Shown here in pieces: positions 10,398-19,597 of a stretch of DNA of 64,000 nucleotides (its first letter is position 1; each line of letters starts with the position of its first letter). The notes below the pieces were generated by a model. It was given only the letters and a program-made list of their open reading frames with translations, did not search any database and had not been told where the DNA came from. Location: the IMG/VR virus record IMGVR_UViG_3300035698_022738, positions 32,852 through 96,851 of that record; one strand, given 5' to 3'. The translations under genes were made by a program, and so were the position numbers. Source of the DNA: a virus.

Positions 10398-11330
10398 ATG
10401 ATCGAAAGTTGGCTCGAACAGAACTTTGATACATTGCTGGCACGGGACGGGCAAGAGATCAGGATCAATTGCCCGTTTTGTGCTGGGGGTGATACGGATC
10501 ACCACTTGTATGTCAATGTCTATGACGCCCCTGTGGCTCATTGCTTCAAGTGTGAATGGAGAGGCAATCATTATCAGTTGCTCATGCAATGCGGGATGTT
10601 TGAGACAGCTCGTGATGTATTTGATGTCTTGGAGGGTAGAGGTACTCCAGACGTTGGAGAGTTTTCTTCTTTGGCAGATAGACTGTCTCTAACGGATAAG
10701 TTGCTTGATACCCCGCAGGACCTTGAGATGCCTGACTGGTTTGTACCCTTCAAGTATGGTGGGAAGTTGGATACTCATGCGGGTATGGTTTTTCGGTACG
10801 CTTGTAACAGAATGGACCTGTCTGACATCCTTGCTTATGGAGTTGGCTATTGCAAAGACACAACGCATCCGGCAGCTTTCAGGTTGATCCTACCTGTCGA
10901 AAGAGGGTTCTGGCAAGGCCGCTCGATATCATCTAATTCAAGGGCAAAGTATCTATCTACAAGCAGTCCCAAAGGGGATGTATTGTTCAATGCTGGTGCT
11001 TTGGATAGTCAGGGGACATTGTACATAGCTGAGGGCATACTGAGTGCTATTGCCCTTGGACCAAAAGCTCTTGCAATCCTGGGTAAGAGAGCGACACGAG
11101 GTCAGATAAAGAGGATGTTGGCACGAGCTCAGGCCCGAGAGGTCATCATAGCTTTGGATGCCGGGGAAGCATACAGTCCTGGGACAATCGAGTTGGCAAA
11201 GGCTTTTGCCAATATCGGGGCTCAAGTCAAAATCAGGAATTATGCTTTTGGGGACCCTGACAATTACACGGAATACACAGACATACCATTTACAGATCGG
11301 TATGAGATTGAGGCGGCACTGTCTTTTTAG
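10398..11330 (+). CDS. DNA primase (Zn finger + TOPRIM)
   Basis: CPFC...HCFKC zinc finger; YIAEGILSA and IALDA TOPRIM motifs. Confidence 0.9.
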   Translation: MIESWLEQNFDTLLARDGQEIRINCPFCAGGDTDHHLYVNVYDAPVAHCFKCEWRGNHYQLLMQCGMFETARDVFDVLEGRGTPDVGEFSSLADRLSLTDKLLDTPQDLEMPDWFVPFKYGGKLDTHAGMVFRYACNRMDLSDILAYGVGYCKDTTHPAAFRLILPVERGFWQGRSISSNSRAKYLSTSSPKGDVLFNAGALDSQGTLYIAEGILSAIALGPKALAILGKRATRGQIKRMLARAQAREVIIALDAGEAYSPGTIELAKAFANIGAQVKIRNYAFGDPDNYTEYTDIPFTDRYEIEAALSF

Positions 11331-11331
11331 A

Positions 11332-11365
11332 TGCCACACTTTTGTGGTGTGCGACGTTATATATA
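11332..11365 (+). promoter_or_regulatory. Phage-type promoter (TGCCACAC...CGTTATAT)
   Basis: Same sequence and spacing as the site at 15188-15220. Confidence 0.6.
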
Positions 11366-11626
11366 GTGCAGCTGGCTAAGTCAGCTGTCTCCTATGCGAG
11401 AGGCGATCCTTGATTGTATGGGGTCGCCTCTCTGCTAAAATGAGAGGTGCAAGATAAAAATAAAAGTGAGTGGAAAAGTGTACGAGGTGTCATACACTAG
11501 CAAGGGAGTATGCCTCGATTGTGGTAGTCATACCACTGTGTACCATACAGTGGATACCAAGTCTTTTCGAGACTGCGATTGCTCTGATGCTCGTAATGTA
11601 ATTGAGATGGAAAGTGAGAGGCAAGT

Positions 11627-11824
11627 ATGCCACATATTGTAGGAGCCACAATAGCCAAAGTGGATTTTGCACGATTGGTAGCAAAGGCTACAGAGACCGG
11701 GGAACCAATCCACACTGTACGGTTCAATAAGCCGTTTGCGGTCTTAGTCAGTTGTGACACTTGGCAAGCCCTGAATGACAGGGTTGATGAGTTAGAGGAA
11801 AAATTGAAAGGGGATGTAGAATGA
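11627..11824 (+). CDS. Phd/YefM-family antitoxin-like protein (orphan)
   Basis: VGATIAKVDFARLV...GEPI..RFNKPFAVLVS matches the Phd pattern. Confidence 0.7.
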   Translation: MPHIVGATIAKVDFARLVAKATETGEPIHTVRFNKPFAVLVSCDTWQALNDRVDELEEKLKGDVE

Positions 11825-12180
11825 AACGTGTCTTGATAGTTGTGTTGTCGTTGGTGCTGTTGTTGGGATTTGTGATGGCCTGCGGTGGGACTGAAGATAC
11901 CGGGGGTGCTCAGTTGAGCAAGCCGTGTGAGCCGACAATGCTTGCTGGTCGTGGAGATGATATTGTAGATGTATCCGGCGTAGAGGGCTGCACCCGTGTT
12001 GTGTATACCCACAAAGGTGAGTCAAATTTCATTGTCAAACCGTATGATTCCAGCAACGAGCTGATGTCTGGCTTTATCAACGAGGTCGGGGACTACGCTG
12101 GCACAAGCAAATGGAACCAGAGAACTGCGTCCCTTGAGATAACAGCCGACGGGAGCTGGACAATCAATATCAGCAAGTAA
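11821..12180 (+). CDS. Lipoprotein
   Basis: Signal peptide with lipobox VMAC; GRGDDIV..HKGESNFIV..LEITADGSWTI beta domain. Confidence 0.75.
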   Translation: MKRVLIVVLSLVLLLGFVMACGGTEDTGGAQLSKPCEPTMLAGRGDDIVDVSGVEGCTRVVYTHKGESNFIVKPYDSSNELMSGFINEVGDYAGTSKWNQRTASLEITADGSWTINISK

Positions 12181-12233
12181 CCAAATCATACTGAGCTGGT
12201 GCTCTAAGTGCCAGCTCAGTGTAAGGAGAAATT

Positions 12234-12776
12234 ATGATGGCTAAGGTTATTCCATTTCCAAAAGGCAAATATGATATAATTCTTGCTGACCCTCCATGGA
12301 ATGAGACAGGCGGGGATCGCCTCCGACGTGGTGCAGATAGACACTACGACCTGATGAAAACAAAGGATATAGCATGTCTCCCTGTGTCGGAGATATCTGC
12401 TGACAACGCCCACCTGTACTTATGGGTAACAAACAACTTCTTGCACGACGGCTTGCATGTGATGCAAGCATGGGGTTTCGATTACAAGACAGCAGTGACA
12501 TGGGTGAAGGACAGATTTGGTCTTGGTCAATACTTCCGAGGTCAACCTGAGCATTGTTTGTTTGGTGTACGTGGGATGCTCCCTTACAAAGTTGTTGACG
12601 GGAAAAGGCAACAGGGTGTGACTGTAATCAATGCACCACGAGGGGAGCACAGCAAAAAGCCAGAAGAGTTGCGGACAATGATTGAAAAGGTGTCTGACCG
12701 CGATGGATACAAAAAGATTGAGTTGTTTGCGAGAAATAAAGTTGCTGGTTGGGATTCGTGGGGCCTGGAAGTCTGA
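12234..12776 (+). CDS. MT-A70 family adenine methyltransferase
   Basis: IILADPPW, LYLWVTN, WGFDYKT, EHCLFG, HSKKP and IELFAR. Confidence 0.92.
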   Translation: MMAKVIPFPKGKYDIILADPPWNETGGDRLRRGADRHYDLMKTKDIACLPVSEISADNAHLYLWVTNNFLHDGLHVMQAWGFDYKTAVTWVKDRFGLGQYFRGQPEHCLFGVRGMLPYKVVDGKRQQGVTVINAPRGEHSKKPEELRTMIEKVSDRDGYKKIELFARNKVAGWDSWGLEV

Positions 12777-12805
12777 TTGTTGCATAACTGAGAGGAACTC
12801 AAAAC

Positions 12806-12943
12806 ATGGGAAGAGACAAAAAGGATTACGGAATGGGGCGGATCGGCCTGAGAACTTGCTTTGCTTATTTCCTGATGCTGTCGATAATGGTGGTGGCTAT
12901 CGGGATTACATTTTACTGCATGATCAAAGTTTTTGGAGGATAG
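12806..12943 (+). CDS. 45-aa single-pass membrane protein, copy 1
   Basis: MGRDKKDYGMGRIGLRTCFAYFLMLSIMVVAIGITFYCMIKVFGG; GAGGA SD; duplicated at 14436. Confidence 0.65.
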   Translation: MGRDKKDYGMGRIGLRTCFAYFLMLSIMVVAIGITFYCMIKVFGG

Positions 12944-13079
12944 TCCGGTTGGTTCTTTGGTCCTCATATTTCACGAGAGGACTCGGGGACTTTACGGCCC
13001 GGAATTGTAATTATATTAAAGCATATTCTCTTCAATTCGTCTCACCTCTAAAGAGGGTGGGTTTCCAGGAGGTTTTAAT

Positions 13080-13769
13080 ATGATAGGGATGGGTGTGAAC
13101 TTATGGACAAAGAGTGGTGCGGGTGCTCCTGCTCCTGACCTTTGGTGGAATTTAGATGGAACCATCGTAGATCCGCAGGTAGCTTATCAGCCAAAGGGGG
13201 CATTATCATATGCAGCCAGCAAGCTTAATTTACCAGACCCTGGAACGAATGACGCCAGCGAAGGGACGGCACCAACCTGGGATAGTGTGAACGGTTGGAC
13301 ATTTGATGGTATTAACGATTTTCTACGTACTGGTGCGGTGCCAACTGTCTCAACTGGTTCTATGATTGTGCAATACGCTAATAATCCCATAGGTTCTATC
13401 GCCGATGGGCCTTGTGGTTGTCTTGCTTCGCCGTTGACGCAGGATAGATTCTATTTTTATATAGACGGCACCAGCAACCTAACACTCTACGGCAATGGCA
13501 AATATTCTGCTGGTACTTGGATGGCTGGTGGAAATATAGCAATAGCCGGATTGAAGGGGTATAAGAATGGAGCGTTTGATGTAAATATTGCAGCTGGTGG
13601 CGAAGCGACACATACAACTGTAGCCGTCGGTTGTTTACATTCTGTCTATGCTCCACCTGATGATTGGGTAAATTTTTTTGATGGAAACATTATTGCATTT
13701 GCCCTCTATGATTACACTCTGACGGGACCAAACGTGACAGCACTGGCAGCGAGAATGGCAGCGATCTAA
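13080..13769 (+). CDS. Head spike/fibre-like protein with lectin (ConA/LamG-like) domain
   Basis: N-terminal MIGMGVNL resembles head-fibre anchors; GWTFDGINDFL...FFDGNIIAFALYDYTL is a LamG-like pattern. Confidence 0.5.
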   Translation: MIGMGVNLWTKSGAGAPAPDLWWNLDGTIVDPQVAYQPKGALSYAASKLNLPDPGTNDASEGTAPTWDSVNGWTFDGINDFLRTGAVPTVSTGSMIVQYANNPIGSIADGPCGCLASPLTQDRFYFYIDGTSNLTLYGNGKYSAGTWMAGGNIAIAGLKGYKNGAFDVNIAAGGEATHTTVAVGCLHSVYAPPDDWVNFFDGNIIAFALYDYTLTGPNVTALAARMAAI

Positions 13770-13973
13770 CGGAGGAAACAATGATGGATTCAAAAACGCA
13801 TGTGGTCGTAATATTCCCAGACAAAACTCTGACATCGAAAGAAGTGACGTCTGTATATTGGTGGATGAAACAGTGTCTAATTGATGTGTTCCATTCACAA
13901 TTTTCCTCAAACCCCGATAGTCTGACCAACGATGTCAATCCAGGTGTCCATGATGCTGTGATGGGAGGATGAA

Positions 13974-14402
13974 ATGGGCTGGTGGGGATATATCGTACTA
14001 ACAAAGTCGGACAGCATCACTCAGAAGGATTGGGAAGATAAAGTCATTCCTGAACTCTGTAAGAAGTGGAATACAGCACCAAAGTCAGAGAACTGGGCGG
14101 CCAGATTATGGCCCCCAAGATTCTCGCATGATAAAACTAAGTGTATTATTGAGTCAACCTTTGATGAGAGAGATTTGGATACACAAGATTTAACACGCTT
14201 GCCAAAGTACATGGCTGATGCACTAAATGCCGAAGAATCTGTGACAACAGTAGAGATATGCAAGGACGCACTGACTGACAAAGTGACCTGCTTTGATCTG
14301 GGTCATGAGTGGTCAATGAGTGGAGACGCATGCCGGGAATACATTGCAAAAAACAACGCAGAATGGGAAAGGCCACTAGAGTTTGAAGTGTTGGATAAGT
14401 GA
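13974..14402 (+). CDS. Hypothetical protein in repeat-flanked cassette
   Basis: ORF coupled to 13781-13972 with SD. Confidence 0.55.
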   Translation: MGWWGYIVLTKSDSITQKDWEDKVIPELCKKWNTAPKSENWAARLWPPRFSHDKTKCIIESTFDERDLDTQDLTRLPKYMADALNAEESVTTVEICKDALTDKVTCFDLGHEWSMSGDACREYIAKNNAEWERPLEFEVLDK

Positions 14403-14435
14403 TCTCAGGGAAACCCTGAATGAAAGGAACAGAGC

Positions 14436-14573
14436 ATGGGAAGAGACAAAAAGGATTACGGAATGGGGCGGATCGGCCTGAGAACTTGCTTTGCTTATTT
14501 CCTGATGCTGTCGATAATGGTGGTGGCTATCGGGATTACATTTTACTACCTGATCAAATTCTTTGGGGGATAG
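14436..14573 (+). CDS. 45-aa single-pass membrane protein, copy 2
   Basis: Paralogue of 12806-12943, ending ITFYYLIKFFGG. Confidence 0.65.
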   Translation: MGRDKKDYGMGRIGLRTCFAYFLMLSIMVVAIGITFYYLIKFFGG

Positions 14574-14588
14574 TCCGGGAGGGACAAG

Positions 14589-14879
14589 ATGAAATTCATA
14601 TCTGGTTGGGGTTCTGTAATTGGTTTAACGATCATAGCCATGGTGGTACTTCTGGTGCTTTTCGGGGTGACAGTCCAGTATGTAGAGGCTTCTCAGGACA
14701 CCCCAGCAACCTATCTACAGTGTATTTCATATGAGGGCTGCTGGGTGAAAGACATTCCATCAGGAACGGCCTATCCGGTAGCCTATTCTTATTGTGTGCC
14801 ATCCTACACCTCTGCTCCCCTCAAAGGAGAGTTTATCTGGAAGTATTTCTACCCAGGCCAGTATGCCCCAACAATCTGA
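14589..14879 (+). CDS. Secreted/membrane-anchored hypothetical protein
   Basis: Hydrophobic N-terminus followed by a Y/P/C-rich tail. Confidence 0.55.
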   Translation: MKFISGWGSVIGLTIIAMVVLLVLFGVTVQYVEASQDTPATYLQCISYEGCWVKDIPSGTAYPVAYSYCVPSYTSAPLKGEFIWKYFYPGQYAPTI

Positions 14880-14920
14880 GAGGTTACTCTACTGACTAAG
14901 TTGACATAACTGTCCCCTTC

Positions 14921-15165
14921 TCATGAGCTCATGAACTCCTCTATCATGAGCTCTTTTTTCATGAATCCATGAGCTCATGAGCTTATTGGCCCATGGGCCG
15001 ATTGAGCAAGGGCTCATGGATTCATGGAGCAAGGGCCAATTGGCCCATGAAATCATGAGATCATGAAGTCATGAATATAAGTGAAAACATGAGCTCATGA
15101 ATATAAGTGAAAACATGAGCTCATGAGCTCATGAATATAAGTGTTTGATGTAAAGACCATGATGT
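14921..15165. repeat. CATG/TCATGA array; candidate replication origin
   Basis: 19 CATG in ~245 bp, often 8 bp apart; 26-bp direct repeat catgaatataagtgaaaacatgagct; followed by an AT-rich tract. Confidence 0.85.
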
Positions 15166-15187
15166 TCTTCTTGAATTTTATTTTTGA

Positions 15188-15222
15188 TGCCACACTTTTA
15201 TATGTTCTTTCGTTTTATATAT
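15188..15222 (+). promoter_or_regulatory. Phage-type promoter (TGCCACAC...CGTTTTATAT)
   Basis: Matches the 11332 site; upstream of the 15269 ORF. Confidence 0.6.
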
Positions 15223-15268
15223 AAAAAGCCAACGGAGAATCTTCAGAGTTGCCTACAAGGAGATCGAA

Positions 15269-15847
15269 ATGAGAGAGAAGATTGTAGTGGGTGTATTTGC
15301 GAGGTTGTGTTCAGTCTTGATGATATCTGTCTTGCTCTGCTGTCTGATTTTAGGGACGTGGATTTTTGAGGCCTCAATACATAGCCTTGAGGTCCAAGCT
15401 GATGGACCTGTATATCCCGGAAATTATATTGACAGCTCGGGTTACTGGGTTTGTGTCCGGCCTCCCTGTCAGTATGCTCTTCCAGGTGGGGGATTAAATT
15501 CAGCATATGACCCGTGGGAATCCTATGGTTCAACTCAGATTGTTCCCAGGCCATCAATTTCAATTGATGGTCAGAATGATTATATCGATATGCCATGGGC
15601 ATACTTACCTCCATATTCTCAATGGTATTCATCCGAGACACAGAATATCCCTCAAGACCAATTGCTGTATATGGAATCTACAATTCCAGGCCCCGACTAT
15701 GTAACTCCAGGACAAGCACCTGCACCAAACTTGAGCATCTATGCACACCAGGCTCAGGACTATTCTCAGGGTGTCTCACAACCTCAGCAATTAACGTCTC
15801 GGGGTTACTTCGGTCCAGGCTATGATTCATCCTGGATTCCCCAATGA
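15269..15847 (+). CDS. Secreted Pro/Gln/Tyr-rich protein
   Basis: N-terminal TM segment, GGAG SD, low-complexity P/Q/Y/S body. Confidence 0.55.
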   Translation: MREKIVVGVFARLCSVLMISVLLCCLILGTWIFEASIHSLEVQADGPVYPGNYIDSSGYWVCVRPPCQYALPGGGLNSAYDPWESYGSTQIVPRPSISIDGQNDYIDMPWAYLPPYSQWYSSETQNIPQDQLLYMESTIPGPDYVTPGQAPAPNLSIYAHQAQDYSQGVSQPQQLTSRGYFGPGYDSSWIPQ

Positions 15848-16647
15848 GTGATTTTGAGGTATCTCTTATTGATATAGTGGGGGGTGCATTGCATCAGATT
15901 GAGAGAGAGAAGACTCCAATTGTTCGATTCTCTGGACTAAGCCGTAGGCAGCTCGTGCATTGGTTCTTTAACTCAATTGTTAGGATCAAGTCAATAGAGA
16001 TCGAAATCTATGAGCCATTTGAGGATTGTGCTGAATATTTGGTGCATTGCCGGAGTGGAAGTGAATCGTTTTTCTTAGCAATATATGAAACATATGAGCG
16101 TAGTCATAATTTGGATACAGCAGATGTAAGAATCACGATTGCTAACATTGAGAATGCAAAGAAGTATCTGAGTGAGATGTGCAGGCTTATAGATGGTTTG
16201 TTAGTTGACATGAACTCTGTTCGTGATTTCTATTGTCTTCGATCTGAGACGTGTGGAAAGGAAAAGAACGCATGAACATGGTCAAGATTGATGGATGGTT
16301 TGTAGATATTTCTGACGTAGCGTCTACGGCAAAGCCGTGTGATATGGCTGAGTTGCTGAAAGATTATTCGTCTCGATCTGATCCAAGAGAGGTTGCCAAG
16401 TTTTTGGCTGCGTGGTCCTCATCTGATCAGGCACAGACTATTCGATTTCTGCGTAATTTGCTTTTGTCATATGCTGAGACGCCAGATGATCTTATTGATG
16501 ACAATACAGAGCGGGAACGACATTTCTGTCAGCGGGTGGAACAATTTTGGCAGGCAGGCATGTTATGATGGGCTTATTGGATGTGGATAGTTTTGTAGTG
16601 AGTCGAAAAGTTTTTCCAGAATTCCCCAAAAATTTTCGATCCCGTAT

Positions 16648-16676
16648 TTGACTTTACATGTAACATGTGGTATACT
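16648..16676 (+). promoter_or_regulatory. Strong sigma70-type early promoter
   Basis: TTGACT-N17-TATACT with extended -10 TG, an A/T-tract UP element and a palindromic spacer (ttacatgtaa). Confidence 0.85.
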
Positions 16677-16682
16677 GTTTGT

Positions 16683-17182
16683 GGGTAAGGGCTCCCAGCC
16701 CAAACCCGCCACCTAGCAAGTAGTTAGGGGGTCAGTAGAATAGAATCTGGATGGGATCACTGGCAATGATGGGGGATGGTAGACGGCCTGAACCCTGAGC
16801 TCGGTCCAGATCGAGGGCAGGAAAGTCAGTAGACAGGATAGCCCTCATTGATGGCCCACCAAAAGCTTTTCTGGGCGATCTACACCACACCTTGGAACTG
16901 GCACGCAAGGGATGGTCACTGGTAAATTCCAACCTGACTGGTAAACACTCCGACGACAATGAGGGACCAGGGACCAAACTGGAAACGGGGTCAAGGCACA
17001 CCACATCTAACCTCTGGATCGACTATGAAAAGAGAACTGCCAGGGTCAAGTTTCCCCCCTCACGGTATACGACTTTTGTATCCGTGATTGCACTGATGAG
17101 TGACTAACGTCTCATCACAGCGACATCAAACGCAGGCTATCGCTGTACGCCTGAGTGCAATCACGGCTACAAAAGTCTTTTT
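16683..17182 (+). ncRNA. Candidate large structured ncRNA / leader (~500 nt)
   Basis: No credible CDS; many complementary segments; ends in a long stem with internal hairpins, a pseudoknot and a U-run. Confidence 0.55.
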
Positions 17183-17201
17183 GATTCAAAGCATAGGGGG
17201 T

Positions 17202-17636
17202 ATGAAAATGAACATGGCTAACAGGTCTTATGAGTTGGTCAAAGCGGGTCTCGATAGTATTTCACACTACACTTCTGGTGATTACGCTGCGGTGACCATG
17301 TGGCAGGGGATGTCTCGGTTTGCGTTTGTCGATGACCTGATGCAAAAAATGGGGTTGGATTGCTTTACCAATCACATTACGGTTTACGGGGAACGCTCGT
17401 GGATCGTAGAGTTATACAGCATCCTGGACAGGGAAAAACGCCTTGATGCCTCAGTGTATCTCAGTTTGGACGTGGGCACAGCTGATGTCAATTCTAAGGT
17501 CTGTGTCTCAATAATGATGTCGGACGATGGTTTTGGTCGTTTCATCTATCGAGCCAAGGTAACTCAGAAGCAACTGGAAGCTGAGATTGCTGTCATCAAA
17601 GAGGCAGCCATTCGATTTGAAATGGGGGAAAAATGA
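17202..17636 (+). CDS. Hypothetical early protein
   Basis: AAGCATAGGGGG leader then ATG. Confidence 0.6.
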   Translation: MKMNMANRSYELVKAGLDSISHYTSGDYAAVTMWQGMSRFAFVDDLMQKMGLDCFTNHITVYGERSWIVELYSILDREKRLDASVYLSLDVGTADVNSKVCVSIMMSDDGFGRFIYRAKVTQKQLEAEIAVIKEAAIRFEMGEK

Positions 17637-19234
17637 GCTGGGAAAAAGAGGACCTGATCCAGACCCGTTACGGCTGGTATCGGCTTGATACCAGTCACAA
17701 AACAAATGTTCATGAGGACTACCTCAGCACGGAGCTTTTCTGGAACGAGTGGGCGGCATTGAGAGAGTGCATCCAGAACGCTCTCGATGAGGCAGATATT
17801 ATGTCTCAGTTGCAGGGTGGGGAAATCCACGATTACATTAGCATCAAACGTCGTGGGGAACGAGTTATCCTGGCTGATCGTGGTCGGGGTGTTGACGTTG
17901 AGAGTATCCTCTTAATTGGCAAGTCCGGAAAACGTGGGGCTGGCCTTCGAGGGGATAAGGGTGAGGGTCAGTTGATGTCTTTTCTGGTGTTCACTCGTCT
18001 TGGGATTGACATTGAAATGTTTTCACGAGACTGGCTGGCCCGTCCTCGTTTCGAGAATTTCAACGGTAGCGATGCCAACACCAATAAGGTGTTGGTTGTG
18101 GACTTTTACCGATGCACTGATACCGACAGCCAAAAGGCTCTCAAAGAGGGTTCGGTCTGGCATATCGAGCGGACATCAGAAATTGATGAGATGGTAGCAA
18201 CCATCGGGGATTATTTCCCTGAAATCTCACCAGCTGCCAAACGACAGGCCAAACGTCGGAAAGAGCAAGAGCAAGAGGAACGCTGGCGGGAACAGGATGC
18301 TCATAGCAGAAAACAACAAAGTCGAGAGCGGAATGAAATCCGTCGGAAATCAACGACGGTCAACAAGCCAGTGTTCCGGCCTCGAAAAGGAACTCCCGCT
18401 CGGTTGTACTTGAGAGGGATTTACGTCAAGGACCTGACCGACAGCCAAAAGGCTCTCTGGTCTTACAACCTTGTGGATGCCTCGATTGACAGGGACCGCA
18501 AGATGGTCAACGAGCTTGAGTTGCTCGATGACATAGCCGAGAAAATGGGGTCTGAGTACGTGACTCCTTCGATGGCTCGGGAGTATTGGGAGCACGCCAA
18601 AGCTCAGGACAGGGCGTTGTATCTTGAGTTCAGAGTGGTCCCCCGACCTCAGAACGACGAAGTGTTTGAAATGTGGGCCAAGGCGTTCTGGAAAGTCTTT
18701 GGCCCGAAGACTTGTATCTACACCAACAGCTATGCCGCTGGTGACGCTGCGCGTGAGGGGTGGAACGTGATACCCCTTGACAATATTCAGTTGCGGTTTG
18801 CTCTTGACTCGTTGGGGGTCAAGACTGATAAGCAAGCCGCTGGTTTCACCTCTGGCGACTTCAAGCTGGTTGACAAGGTGACACAGCGGGAAACCGATAT
18901 GATAACCAAGACCTTGGAGATTTTCGATCTGCTGGGTCTCGCTCAGAGCTTCTCTCGGTTCCATGTTGTTGGAACCATACTTGGTGATGAGGAGACAGAG
19001 GCCTTTGCTTATGCGGGTGAGATATACGTCACTCGTAAGGCCTTCAAGCGAGGGGGCTTGCATGTCTTGGAGTGTGCCCTGCACGAAAAGGGGCATATTG
19101 AAACTCTGACGCAGGACTTTACGCGGGGATTTACTCACTGGTTCCTGCACAACTGGGTGCAGGCGTTACGTGGAACCGATCTCAATCGTCAAGTTGAGAT
19201 CGCTCAGAAAATTGCAGAACTAGAATCAATCTAA
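17633..19234 (+). CDS. GHKL (HATPase_c) ATPase with C-terminal HEXXH zincin-like motif
   Basis: ALRECIQNALD, LADRGRG, GKSGK..GDKGEG; C-terminal LHEKGH. Confidence 0.75.
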   Translation: MSWEKEDLIQTRYGWYRLDTSHKTNVHEDYLSTELFWNEWAALRECIQNALDEADIMSQLQGGEIHDYISIKRRGERVILADRGRGVDVESILLIGKSGKRGAGLRGDKGEGQLMSFLVFTRLGIDIEMFSRDWLARPRFENFNGSDANTNKVLVVDFYRCTDTDSQKALKEGSVWHIERTSEIDEMVATIGDYFPEISPAAKRQAKRRKEQEQEERWREQDAHSRKQQSRERNEIRRKSTTVNKPVFRPRKGTPARLYLRGIYVKDLTDSQKALWSYNLVDASIDRDRKMVNELELLDDIAEKMGSEYVTPSMAREYWEHAKAQDRALYLEFRVVPRPQNDEVFEMWAKAFWKVFGPKTCIYTNSYAAGDAAREGWNVIPLDNIQLRFALDSLGVKTDKQAAGFTSGDFKLVDKVTQRETDMITKTLEIFDLLGLAQSFSRFHVVGTILGDEETEAFAYAGEIYVTRKAFKRGGLHVLECALHEKGHIETLTQDFTRGFTHWFLHNWVQALRGTDLNRQVEIAQKIAELESI

Positions 19235-19484
19235 AGGAGATTTCAATGCCACGGATCGTAAGAAATTTTTTCATCTCTGGTGAGGTGGATGGACGCAAGA
19301 CAGCGATTTCGGTCGGACCCGCCTCGAAAGAGGGGGGGTTTGATGTGCAGTTCCTCATTCGGAGTGCGGGTGAGGTAGCTCAGTCGGTGAGGGTTATCGG
19401 TGAGGCCTTCGAGGGGGGTGATCTCAAGCTCACTGTTCTCGATGAGAACGGAAATGACATTCATGTACACCGGACTGTCCGGTA

Positions 19485-19565
19485 ACGTCGTTTGGGCGAC
19501 GTAAAATAGCCGTCAAGCCCAAAGCGTAGAGAGCTCCGAGTTGGAAGTTGGAGCTCTCTGGTCGG
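19485..19565 (+). ncRNA. Pistol self-cleaving ribozyme 1
   Basis: P1 CGUCG/CGACG; loop UUUGGG pairing with CCCAAA (pseudoknot); AAAUAG; P2 CCG/CGG; GCG; P3 UAGAGAGCUCC/GGAGCUCUCUG; GU cleavage site at 19561-19562. Confidence 0.88.
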
Positions 19566-19597
19566 GGATAAGCCCGAGCATAGGATGGGAGTGAAAA

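Larger units (their letters stand above)
12805..14578 (+). repeat. 144-bp direct repeat (12805-12948 and 14435-14578)
   Basis: The first 113 nt are identical, with 5 mismatches in the last 31 nt. Confidence 0.95.

Noticed and set aside
12805-14578. DGR template/variable repeat pair
   Set aside because: The mismatches are not adenine-specific and no reverse transcriptase is present in the window.
14921-15165. CRISPR array
   Set aside because: No constant repeat with unique spacers of regular length and no cas genes; it is a short-motif array.
16810-16835. RNase P RNA (AGGAAAGUC-like motif)
   Set aside because: The complementary 3' P4 strand and other universal motifs were not found.
16892-17107. 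71-aa ORF within the early leader
   Set aside because: TTG start without SD, overlapping strongly paired RNA segments; more likely non-coding.
17093-17130. Hammerhead ribozyme (CUGAUGAG)
   Set aside because: No GAAA after a stem II, and the GAUGAG is sequestered by ctcatc. The same applies to CTGATGAG at ~35205.
18350-19150. Long minus-strand ORFs (also 33955-34746, 61267-61983, 38862-39479)
   Set aside because: These are antisense shadows of well-supported + strand genes, with no motifs or SD.
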